This document shows positions 40,660-52,125 of a stretch of DNA of 64,000 nt, one piece after another. How positions within the stretch are numbered: the first letter of the stretch is position 1; every line of letters starts with the position of its first letter. This DNA is from Eledone cirrhosa (lineage: Eukaryota). Where the stretch lies: contig OZ024743.1 of the NCBI GenBank assembly GCA_964016885.1, forward strand, positions 151,590,001 to 151,654,000, read 5' to 3'. The translations under genes and the position numbers were made by a program. The notes below the pieces were generated by a model that saw only the letters and a list, made by a program, of their open reading frames with translations, ran no database searches and had not been told where the DNA came from.

Positions 40660-40840
40660 TCATCATTCAATATTTGCTTTCCATGCTGGCAAGGGTTTGA
40701 CAAGTTGTTACAGTTCGACACTCAATATCTTGCTAATATACTCCATATTTTTGGCATGATTTCTTTGGCAGAATGCCCTTCATAATGCCAACCAGTTTAT
40801 AGAGTGTATTGGATGCTTTTTATCATCACACCAGCAATAA
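40660..40840 (-). mobile_element. Decayed RTE/SINE tail
   Basis: (CAT)n, TTTCCATGCTGGC and GCCCTTC.TAATGCCAACC similar to the family-1 tail. Confidence 0.65.
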
Positions 40841-40865
40841 AACTTCACACAACAAAATTAAAACC

Positions 40866-41210
40866 TTCTTCTTCGCCCACTTATTCCTGAGAGGGTCATG
40901 GAGGTAGATACACATTCCTCCAGAGGGTCCTATCAGAAGCAACCATATCCAAATAATCTGGCTGGATCCCCAAGCAAGACCAATTGAACCTTGTGAAAGT
41001 TATCCAACCCCCTTGCTTGAGTTCTATCTGTGTCTCCTGCTGGTTGGCTTAGCCCATAAAATCTGTCCAGCGATTGTTTCCTGAGACATTCTAAACATAT
41101 GTTTATAGTACTGGAGCTGTGATTTCTCAATACAGAGAAGTAGCAGCTTTACCTAGAGTGACTCTCTGGTCTTTGAGTTACACACCTTATCAAGACCATT
41201 CAGAAGACTC
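40866..41210 (-). mobile_element. RTE family 2 3' end
   Basis: Collinear with 3714-4070. Confidence 0.85.
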
Positions 41211-42124
41211 ATTTTTATTTGTGATCATATTTTTTTAAATGAATTATTTAGTACAATATCATCTGATCCTACACCCACAGGTTTTGATCCCATTTCCAAT
41301 TTGGCTGCACATGTCAATGCTGTTCATGAAGATTATGAACAGAAGAGATGATGATACAAACACTTCATGTAGTCGGACACACATTTATCTGAATAAAAAT
41401 ATGAAGGCATTTTTATAGAGACTTCAAGGCAACAAGAAGCTGTCCATACTATTGCAGAACCTTCTACATGTCCTGTGGAACATGATTTTATGCCCTTTTC
41501 AAGTCCACAAAACAAGCATACACTTCATGACAATACTCGTTCAATTTCTCAAAGTGAATATTTGTTCAGCTATGCTACATTCAGAGTGAAAAGTTTCCAT
41601 TCTAATTTTATGTAAGAACCTTTTATTAAGTAATGTTCCAAACATCAGTTTAATAATGAAAAGTTTAAGATATGTTACTAACTTCCTTCAAATTCTTATT
41701 ATTTTCAAAATAAATTGTAGTGTAGGCTATGCATTTTATTAGAAATAAAATATATAAAGGGTTAATTTATATGCTATCAACACAAGTCATAAAAAGAATA
41801 TATATAACTAACAATTAGTTCTCTATTTAATCACATCCTCCCCTCTCTATCTGAATGAAAACTCTTTCAAATTTGGTTTGGTTGATACAAATGCAGCAGC
41901 AAATTCTTATGACAAATTTGAGTTTCAGATTATCCTTATTAATTATAAGCTCATATTTAACTATCACAAATATATATAAATTATGAATTTATCATATTTA
42001 AATATCAGTACCTCCTCCCACATTGGTGAATTATGTATATATATATATATATATATATATTGGGAATAGTTTTCAACTAGCAATAACCATGACTCGGATA
42101 TACCTCACTGGCCATAGTACTGCC

Positions 42125-42280
42125 TAAGGCCAGTTACTACAATGGCACCATACCAGGTACGTATGCTTTGTAAGCCCTGAGGACCAGCTTGTTCAACCTG
42201 TGCTGAAGTTGAACAAGTTGGTCCTCAGGGCTAATGAAACGTATGTATCTGTTATCGTACCGTTGTAGTAACTGGCCTTA
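42125..42280 (+). other. 73-bp ungapped hairpin with 10-nt loop inside a (TA)n-flanked insertion
   Basis: Arms 42125-42197 and 42208-42280; 61 Watson-Crick pairs, 7 G:U pairs and 5 mismatches on the plus strand. Confidence 0.95.
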
Positions 42281-42470
42281 ATAATTATATTCAAACTTGC
42301 CCTACAGACTTGAGTTGCTCTATACCTTGGATATTTTTACTTACTTCTGTGTGTGTGAGTGTATATATATATATACACACACACACATATATATATATAG
42401 AAACACATACACATATATACACACACATATATATACACATATATATATACACATATATACACACACATAT

Positions 42471-44018
42471 AAGTAAGCCACTCTACTTGGCATTTGTCGA
42501 CCTTGAGAAAGCCTTTGACAGAGTTCCACGTGCTGTAATCTGGTGGGCTCTTAGAAAACTAGGAGTAGATGAATGGCTTGTGAAAGCGGTACAAGCCATG
42601 TATAGGGGAGCAGTCAGCAAAGTTAGGATTAGCAATGAGTATAGCGAGGAATTTAGCGTACAGGTTGGGGTCCACCAGGGCTCTGTTCTTAGCCCTCTCC
42701 TGTTCATCATAGTCCTGCAGGCAATAACGGAGGAGTTTAAGACCGGATGCCCATGGGAACTCCTGTATACTGATGACCTCGCACTCATAGCTGAATCTAT
42801 GGTAGAACTAGAGAAGAAATTCCAAACTTGGAAGCAGGGACTAGAAAGAAAGGGTCTCAAAGTCAACATGACAAAGACTAAAGTCCTTGTAAGTAGACGA
42901 GAGAACAGAACCCAGATCCCCTCAGGGAAATGGCCTTGCTCAGTATGTAGGAAGGTGTAGGTAGGAACTCCATTCTCTGCCCCAAATGCAAACAATGGGT
43001 ACACAAGAGATGTAGCGGGATCTCAGGAAGCTTAAGAATATAGGATTCACATGCAGCAGCTGTGCTGAGACAGCAAGCAGCAAACAGCCACAGGAAACAA
43101 GTACCACCAATCTCTGGGAGGGCCCTGTAGAAATAGTAGACAGCTTCTGCTACCTAGGTGACCGAATTAGCAGCGGAGGTGGGTGTTCAGAAAGTACAAT
43201 AACTAGGGTAAGAACGGGATGGAAGAAGTTTAGGAAACTACTACCACTGCTAGCTGCAAAAGGCTTCTCCCTCAGAATGAAAGGCAGACTGTATGATGCG
43301 TGTATCCGAACAGCGATGTTGCATGGTAGTGAGACCTGGGCGCTGAAGGTGGAAGACTTACGTAGATTAGAGAGAAACGAAGCCTGCATGCTCCGATGGA
43401 TGTGTAACAGTAATATACGTGAACGACAAAGCATAAATGAATTGAGAGAGAGACTGAGCATAAAAGGAATCAAATGCTGTGTGCAGGAGAGGCGGTTGCG
43501 CTAGTATGGACATATGATGCGTATGAAGGATGACAGCTGCATAAAAAGGTGCAGAGCACTAGAAGTTGATGGAAACCGCGGAGTGGGGAGACCCAAGATG
43601 ACCTGGGATGAGGTGATAAAAGCCAACCTTACCCAATTACACCTCTCAAAGACAATGACACACGACCGTGACTTCTGGCGTCACGCAGTAATACAGAGTA
43701 CCCGACCTCCCATGGGTACAAGCTGAAGCATATAGACAATATGCCCCCCCACTGCAAGGTGGTTGTGGAGGTGCCACGGCAAAAAAGCACCCAGCCCACA
43801 CTGTAAAGTGGACGTGTAGGCGCCACGAAAAAGCACCCAGCACTCACTGTAAATGAGGTTGGTGTTAGGAAGGGCATCCAGCTGTAGAAATCAAGCCAGA
43901 TCAGTTCCTGTATGAGCAAGGCATGGTCAGCCGACCAGACACTGCCCACAACAGGACAACCCGTCTAACCCATGCTAGCGTGGAAGAACGGACGTAAAAC
44001 GGTGATGATGATGATGAC
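42471..44018 (+). mobile_element. Young RTE LINE (family 1), 5' truncated, with premature stops, in (TA/CA)n
   Basis: KPLYLAFVDLEKAFDRVP...QGSVLSP...LYTDDL...PHD-like finger...AMLHGSETW; 3' UTR with ~45-bp tandem unit and (GAT)n tail. Confidence 0.97.
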
Positions 44019-44078
44019 TCACATATATATATATACACAGATATACATATATATACACATATATATATATATATATAT

Positions 44079-44117
<39 letters not shown>

Positions 44118-44134
44118 TATATATATATATACAC

Positions 44135-44187
<53 letters not shown>

Positions 44188-44491
44188 CATATATATACAT
44201 ATATATACACACATATATACATATATATACACACATATATACATATATATACACACATATATACATATATATACACACATATATACATATATATACACAC
44301 ATATATATACATATATATACACACACATATATATATATACATATACACACACACATATATATATATACATATACATATATATATATATATATATATACAT
44401 ATATATATACATATATATACATATATATATACATATATATACACACATATATACATATATATACACACACATATATATATATACATATACA

Positions 44492-44529
<38 letters not shown>

Positions 44530-44820
44530 CATATATATACACACATATATATACATATATATACACACACATATATATATATACATATACATATATATAT
44601 ATATATATACATATATAAATATATATATACATATATATACACACATATATACATATATATATACACACACATACATATATATATACACACACACATACAT
44701 ATATATATACACACACACATATATACATATATATATACACACACACATATATACATATATATATACACACACGTATATATACATATATATACACACATAT
44801 ATGTACACATATATGTACGT
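44019..44820. repeat. Compound (TA)n/(CA)n microsatellite
   Basis: Direct inspection; explains the I/Y/H/T-rich ORFs. Confidence 0.99.
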
Positions 44821-45412
44821 ACTCTTTTACTCTTACCAGTTTCAGCCATCCGGCTGAGGCCATGCTGGGGCACCGCCCTTGTTGCTACACATTTATCTCG
44901 AACCTGTATAGGTTGGCCCCTGGTGTAAGAGGGAGTTTGTTGCTGCTGCCCTTAGGTTTCCCTCGTGTCTTGCTGTGGGCTCATCCGGAATCCTGGATAA
45001 CAAGGTGTCGAGATGTTTCTTAAAGACGTCCACCTCCACGTCATGCAAGTCTCTCAGATCCCTCGGCAGCCTGTTGAAGAGTTGAGGGCCCTTGAATCCC
45101 AGGCTATTGCAATACCTGCTCCTTATTCTGGATGTGGAAGACGGGACCCTTGGCACCACACAGTGACGTCCTGTTAGACGGTTGGTCCAGCTCCCAATGC
45201 CAAAGTTTGGTGCTAGTCCCTCCAGGATTTTCGACATGTAGATCACTGCGTATCTCTCCCGTCTTCGCTCCAAGAAGTAGAGGTTCAGTTCCTTCAGCCT
45301 CTCCCAGTAGCTTGTCTCCCTCATCTTGGCAATCCTCTTGGTGTAGCTTCACTGGATTGCCTCAAGCTCCGTGGTTAGTTTGACACTATGGGGTGACCAC
45401 AACTGGGAGCAG
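44821..45412 (-). mobile_element. CR1/L2/Jockey-group LINE 3' end
   Basis: [19 protein letters not shown]...SYWERLKELNLYFLERRRERYAVIYMSKILEGL...GPQLFNRLP...FKKHLD; tail GGCGGTGCCCCAGCATGGCC...GAAACTGGTAAGAGTAAAAGAGT. Confidence 0.9.
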
Positions 45413-45496
<84 letters not shown>

Positions 45497-45497
45497 C

Positions 45498-45596
<99 letters not shown>

Positions 45597-45613
45597 TATA
45601 CATATATATATAC

Positions 45614-45658
<45 letters not shown>

Positions 45659-45725
45659 CATATATATACATATATATATACATATATATATATATCTATC
45701 TATATATATATATATATATATATAT
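45413..45725. repeat. (TA)n microsatellite with CA interruptions
   Basis: Direct inspection. Confidence 0.99.
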
Positions 45726-45834
45726 TAATAAGAGGAATTCCAACTTTGTCTGATTTACTCATTTTTATTTACAATCCTTTAAAATTTATAATGGTATTAT
45801 AATGAAATAGTATGATAGAATGTTAAGTGTTAAT

Positions 45835-45873
45835 TGAACAAGTACTTTCATGCTTTCGCAATCTTCAGGTTCA
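45835..45873 (-). ncRNA. Minimal type-I hammerhead ribozyme (39 nt)
   Basis: Minus strand reads UGAAC CUGAAGA UUGC-GAAA-GCAU GAAA GUAC UU GUUCA: 5-bp helix I, GNRA-capped helix II (first pair U/U), 1-bp helix III with palindromic GUAC loop. Confidence 0.7.
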
Positions 45874-45896
45874 TAATATGTGGTGACAGTCAAGTT

Positions 45897-46205
45897 TGCA
45901 ATCGAAAGGTTGTGAGTTCAATTCTCAGACCGGGTGATGTGTTGTTTCCTTGAGCAAGACACTTTATTTCACATTGCTCCAGTTTACTCAGCTGTAGAAA
46001 TGAGATGATAGGGACTGGGGTCCCTATCATTCCACTGTAAAGTGGTCATGGAGGTGCCACGACAAAAAAGCACCCAGCACTCACTGTACATGAGGTTGGT
46101 GTTATGAAGGGCATCCAGCTGTAGAAATCAAGCCAGAATCAGTTCCCATCCCACCCTTGCAAGCAGGGAAAAGCGGACGTAAAGTGATGATGATGATGAT
46201 GATGA
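45897..46205 (+). mobile_element. SINE family B, 5' truncated
   Basis: Near-identical to 24783-25093. Confidence 0.92.
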
Positions 46206-46239
46206 TATATATACACACATATATATATATACATATATA

Positions 46240-47436
46240 TCATGAATCGAGCGTGGAAGGACCGCTCTACAAAATTTCATGGCTCCTAGCCAGAATACTC
46301 AAACCTGTACTAGACACCTTCCCGGGACACGTAAAAAGCTCCGAGGAAGTGTTGGAGCATCTACATCAAATGGATCCCGACACCAGAAAGGCTAACAGAT
46401 ATGCCTTCAGCCTTGATGTGGTCGCTCTCTACACCTCCGTCCTGGCGCTCCCGGCCGTTGATATACTGATGGAACGCGTTCAATCTACCGACCTACACTG
46501 CTTCAGGCTCACCCCCACTGACATCCACCAACTCCTATCCGTCAGTTTTCTCGACCAAAAATACCAGCAAAACCTCGGGGCTGCCCATGGGCTCAAGGTT
46601 GTCAGGTGTGTTAGCAAGGCACTCAACACCCAAGGCAAGTGCTTCCTAAAAATACCACCCCTGGGCGAGAATACCACCAACGCTATCCACAGGGCTATAC
46701 AGAGAGGGGGCCTCGACATCCACCTGGCCCACTTGGGCCCCTCCCTGCGGAGATGCCTCTCCAGGAAACCCGGGAAATCGACTGATGCATGTTCTCTCAG
46801 AAACTGTCCGATGCGCCATACGAACTGTTGCTTACGCACATACGTTGTATACAAGGTGGTATGTGACAACCACTACTATATCAGTAGCACAATCCGGCCG
46901 CTACATATCCGGATCAAGAAGCATATCAACACCAGGGCCTCGTCTTTCTGGAAACACATAACCAAATGCAGAAACAAAGATGGAAGGCCGATTGTCACAG
47001 AGCTAGTGACGGAACGCAACGTCAGCACGTTACAAATCAAGAAAGCACTTTGGATCAAACGCCTAGGGTCACAAATAAATAACCGATCCGAGAGAAGCGA
47101 GATGAGGTGGTTGGTGTAAACAAACGAGACAACAACACATGCATACACACACCCACAGTGGCATTCGAACGATTGTTATTGTGTGTGTGTAGCACCGCCA
47201 CCTTCCAACAAGCGACCAAGCAGACTACTACCATACTACATGGCTAATACCAAAAACCAGCACAGATAAATAGTACAATGGATTGACAGCTAATGCCATC
47301 CCACTATTAAAAGAACTGCTTCGACCTTTGCTTGACCACACCTATTCCGCACGCATGTGCGATCTGCAGAATACCTCAGTTAGTCACAAACAGCGAACAG
47401 CAGCGGACACGTACCGTTCCTCTCCGACAGATAACT
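46240..47436 (+). mobile_element. Penelope-like element, internally deleted RT fused in frame to GIY-YIG endonuclease, in (TA)n
   Basis: SSVEGPLYKISWLLARILKP, AFSLDVVALYTSV, then C..C...C...VVYKVVC..YISSTIRPLHIRIKKH...IKRLGSQIN; no YxDD motif. Confidence 0.9.
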
Positions 47437-47580
47437 TATATATATACACATACACACATATATATATACACACACAAAAAAAATATACATATATATATTT
47501 TTTTTATATATAAACACGCACACATATATATATATATATACATACACACATAAGTACACATATATATACATGTATGTATG

Positions 47581-47757
47581 TACAGGAGGTGGAAGGAGGC
47601 TAAAAATGTTATAGGCTGACCATGAAGGAGTGCTGCTAGAGCTGTGAAATTTTGCTTCTTATTAATAACTGCATTGTTTATTTCCTAAAGATTATGTTGA
47701 AAAATAAACCTGAGAGTATCTTGATCAACCTATGAATTTTTTCAGCTGACCCCTGTG
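47581..47757. mobile_element. Decayed mariner-type MITE
   Basis: Imperfect inverted ends GGCTAAAAATGTTATAGG and CCTATGAATTTTTTCAGC, starting at TA. Confidence 0.55.
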
Positions 47758-48299
47758 TGTGTGTGTGTGGGTGTGTGTGTGTGTGCCAGGCCATCTATGT
47801 GGGTGTGGAAAACCCAATATCTTACACTTCCCATTTCTTAGTTTACCATAAAGTTATCTGAAACAACATTATATTTACTGAAAAGCAAATGTTAATGGGA
47901 AATGGTTTCGGAAAATTGTACTGAACATATGCTAATATTCTCATATGGACTGATCAATAAATACATGTCATAAATACACTTGATAATATCCATGTCCACA
48001 CCAATCACTTTATAATGATACTGCTAAATATCAGGCATTTAGTACTCTTAAAGTGACTTATTGTAAACATAGATGGACTCTGATCTGAAAGGAAAACATA
48101 AATACTTGAATACTGCACTTGATTCTAAGTAGAAAGTAGAACAGCTTCAAAGAAGTGCGTTTGTTTTCCACTTACATTCTATACATTTTACTATATGTGT
48201 CTTGCAATTTGTCTTAGGTCAACAGAAAGATAACATGTTATGTTGTGTAGCTAGATTGTTGTTGTTATAATAATACTGAAGAAAATGATGATGATATCT

Positions 48300-48660
48300 A
48301 ACAGTGAGACAAGTCCACATATTTTGGGGGTGGAGCCAGCCAATGATATTGACACCAGTAGTCTACTGATACTTATTTTATCAACTTTGGAAAGATAAAA
48401 AGTAATGTCAACGTTGATGGGATATGAGTTTTATAACATAACTAAATACCACTAGGCGTTTTGATTGTTGCTCTACTGATTCCGAAAATTTACTGCCTAA
48501 CATGGATATAGGCCACAGTCAACCTCATTACTTGTCTGGTGATTATTTTATCAAATCTGAAAAAGTGGAAAGCAAAGTTGAACTCACTGGTTTTAAAGTC
48601 AGAGTATAAAAGTATGTAACTAAATATTGCAAAGTATTTTGTATGGTGCTCTAACATGAG
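48300..48660 (-). mobile_element. Two decayed SINE-A-like copies
   Basis: TACTTATTTTATCAAC..GAAAGATAAAAAGTAA and TTTTATCAA..GGAAAGCAAAGTTGAACTC. Confidence 0.6.
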
Positions 48661-48719
48661 CAAAAATAAGATTTCTAGCATTAATTTTTTAAATATTTGT
48701 TTGGTCCATAAGAAGGGTC

Positions 48720-49640
48720 TGTTTCCATGGACAATATCAATCTTCCAGGACTGGTGACATTGACATACTTAACGTTCAACAGTTGCAAATTGATGGTTGC
48801 AGAAAAAATGTGTGCAAGCAGGGAATTTTTGTGGGCTCATGTTCTGAAGAGGAAGGCCTGAGAATAGTCGTTAGTAAGGCATTTAGAAAGAGCTAGTTAT
48901 GAGCAAAATATGGGTGATAAAAGTAGCGATGAGTTGGCCAAGATTACATGAGCAAGGGTGACACAATTAGAGGAACAGAGAGCACTGCTATAAAGTATAA
49001 AAGGCAATGAAGACAGACTACAATGTGTTGGTGAGCAACTTCATGCCAATCAATTGAGTGGCTTTTCTTTAGATGTACTCTAGGAAATCTATGTCTGTAG
49101 CATCAGATGTAAGAGGAGTACTCTTATGTGAGTTCCTCCAAGTTTTGTAGAGAATTCGTAGTTGTTAAGACTGTAAGTATTTTCTGGGTGAGTCAAGTTA
49201 TAGTACCATCTGTAAAGGAGTAGGTGTTGTTGAAGGTGTCAGCAAGTAGATCATTTATGTATAGATTAAAGAGTGTAAGAGACAAAACTGAACCTTATTG
49301 CACACCAGTGTTGATAGAGAGTGTGGGTCAGAGAGAACTCCATCACTACACACAATGACGGCAGAATGTGACATGAGCAGCACATCCAAAAGACAAGAGA
49401 TGATGGAACATGGATGCAAACAGTTTTGGCATGAGATTTGCATACCATACATGGTTAAATGCTTTTCTAATGTTGAGTGCAACAATACTGTTTTCAGTAA
49501 GTTGTCTCATGGGTAAGGTCCCACAGGTGAGTGACAAAGGAGAGTAAGTTTCAAGTACATTTGGCATTATGAAAGCCATACTGGTGGTCACTTAGGAGTT
49601 AGAGAGATTCAAGATGTTGAGGAAGATTGTTGTAAATACC
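48720..49640 (-). mobile_element. Old CR1/Jockey-group LINE RT relic
   Basis: IVALNIRKAFNHVWYANLMPKL (RT LDxxKAFDxVWH motif) and downstream decayed RT sequence. Confidence 0.7.
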
Positions 49641-49675
49641 TTTTACATCATAGACTGAATGACACAAATATTAAT

Positions 49676-49863
49676 TGTTTCTATTTTAGGCACAAGGCCA
49701 GTAATTACCCAGTACATTACTGGTACTTTATTTTATCGACCCCGTAAGGATGAAAGGCAAAGTTAAACTCGGCGGGATTTGAACTCAGATCATAAAGGGA
49801 CGTAACTCTATGCTTCAAAGCATGGTGTCCGACTCTCAACCGATACTGCCAATCCACCGCCCT
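49676..49863 (-). mobile_element. SINE family A, full length, 16-bp TSD
   Basis: TSD TGACACAAATATTAAT at 49660-49675 and 49864-49879. Confidence 0.95.
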
Positions 49864-50340
49864 TGACACAAATATTAATGATAAATAATAATGCTTTCTA
49901 CCAATATAAAAATAAGAAAGCATAATTATGAGGATAATGGCAAATTATGGCACAAGCCTATAAATTATAGGTGAAGAGAAAGAGTACATCAACTAAATTG
50001 ACTCCCATTTCATGACTGGTACTATTAATCTCTGAAGGATGAAAGACAAAGTGAACGTTAGCAAAGTGTTTGTACCTAAACACCAAAAGGGATTTTGTCT
50101 AGTAGTTCCTCAGTTCTACAGCTCTAGTACCAAAATTATGATAATGATGATTTCTAAATTTGGCACAAGCCAACAGCCTATTTGAGAGGGAGAGTATAAT
50201 CAATTAGATCAATCCCATAAGAATGAAGGGCAAATTCAACCCAGTAGGATTTCAAATGTAAAATACAAAGTATTTTATTTGGTGCTTTACTGATTTTAAT
50301 AATGATAGTAAAAATAATCATAATTAAGATATATATATAT

Positions 50341-50900
50341 GTTGAATTGAAGATAGCGAGTTTGGCTTTTTCACCCACCTCCCTTCTGATTACTGAATGC
50401 TGAAGCTGGTGCATTACTGCACCAGCTCCTGCAATTTTTGCACTAAATTCAGCCTCTTGCCTTCCATCACTCATGAATGTGGTCCCAAGATATATGAACT
50501 TCTCTACCTGCTTCAGCAGAACTCCATTTACGTGTAGAGTGCACTGCACAGGTTTCCTTGAGAAAACGAATGTCTCAGTTTTTGCAGCACTCGGCATCAA
50601 ACCTATTGAGTGCAAGTCGGAGATCACCTTGTGTCATGTGCCAAGCTTTACTTATGGTCATGAATCTTGGGTAATGACCAAAAGAATATGATTGCGAATA
50701 TAAGCGGCCAAAATGAAGTTCCTCTGAAGGATCTTTAGAGTAACGATACTCAATAGAGTACGTAGCTCGGAGATCACTCCAGGTAGAGACGCTACTTCTC
50801 CGAATTGAAAGATCACAGCTCTGATACTATGGGCATGTGGTTAGAATGTCTGGACAGATTTTATAGGCAAAACCAACCAACAGGAGATCCAGAGGTAGAA
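50341..50900. mobile_element. RTE family 2 fragment with 5' inversion (50341-50628 minus, ~50633-50900 plus)
   Basis: Minus part: QCTLHVNGVLLKQVEKFIYLG...KAKLAIFNS; plus part: VPSFTYGHESWVMT. Confidence 0.85.
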
Positions 50901-50909
50901 TAAAACAAG

Positions 50910-51195
50910 AACTCGGAACTGTACAGGAGCCTCACAAAAGTCAGCTCGAAAGTAACACAGGAGATTGAGGTTAGCTGGACATGCTCACCGACATTCAGAG
51001 TTGACACTGCACTCAGTGGTCTGGTGGGAGTCCCTACACAGACACACTAGAAGAGGGAGACCGACGTTGACATATAGTGATGCCCTAAGGGCAGACACTA
51101 GTCTCTGGGAGATGCAGAACATAGCAGCGATGTTGAAGGACAGAGACTGCTTGAGAGAACTCATCCATGGATCTTGGGAATTTTACCTGCCCTAG
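50910..51195 (+). mobile_element. RTE 3' end of another family
   Basis: RLAGHAHRHSEL...VVWWE...RRGRPTLTYSDALRADT...LKDRDCLR. Confidence 0.8.
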
Positions 51196-51607
51196 ATAAG
51201 AGATATAGACAATATTAGATAATTTGCTCTCATCCATTTTATTCTTTATTTTTTCCACATAAAAATGAGTGATCTTGAGAAGAAAACTTTTTCTAAACTA
51301 TTGTAAAACTTATGAAATGAATTTGCAGTAGAAGCTGTTACTTATATATTGCCATGCTTTCAATTTGAATGAGTCACAAAGTTATTGGTCATTGACCTAG
51401 TAGATTTTTATTTTCATTTTTCAGATATTAAATTCATAAAAAAATGGATCGAGATCATTTGAGTTTTGTTGAAAATATTGTGAAAAATATATCTAGCAAT
51501 GAGCTTATTATATGAGATTATATAAAGAGGAAAGGCATCACCCATGACTTTCTTCAAGTCTAAGTTTTCATTAAATTAGAAAGTGGCCCAAATACTTGTA
51601 AGAAAAG

Positions 51608-51638
<31 letters not shown>

Positions 51639-51955
51639 TCAGTATGTTTAAGTCTTCGCTAAAATACATATATATCTCTTGCTGTATTTAATTCCTAGTC
51701 TCTACCCTTGGGAAAAATTATTCAAATGTTTTCCTCATGGTGTAAATATAACGGAATATATATATAAAGGTAGGTAAACAGGACAGGCCTTATGGAGTGC
51801 TAGAAAGAGCTCCAAGTTAATCCATTTCAGTCAGCTCAAAACAAATTTAGAGAAATTAGGAGCAAAAATAAGTTAATTTTAGGTTTAATCAATACATATT
51901 AAATATTCATAGATAATGTTTTTCAGTAAAAAGCTCAATAAACTTCTGTTCAGAG

Positions 51956-52125
51956 CATCATCATCATCATCAACGTTTAACGTCTGTGTTCCACGCTTGC
52001 ATGGGTTTGGACGGGGGTTTTCCCACTTGAGGCAAGAATGATTGTCTTGCTCGCATAGGACTGTCTGGCAGGTTTTCTACAGTTGGATGCCCTTCCTAAC
52101 ACCAACCACATTTACAGTGTGGGTC
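51956..52125 (-). mobile_element. RTE-type 3' tail fragment
   Basis: (CAT)n and TTTCTACAGTTGGATGCCCTTCCTAACACCAACC. Confidence 0.8.

Noticed and set aside
43901-45802. Long I/Y/H/T/C/V/M-rich ORFs (up to 320 aa)
   Set aside because: Translations of (TA)n/(CA)n microsatellite, which has few stop codons
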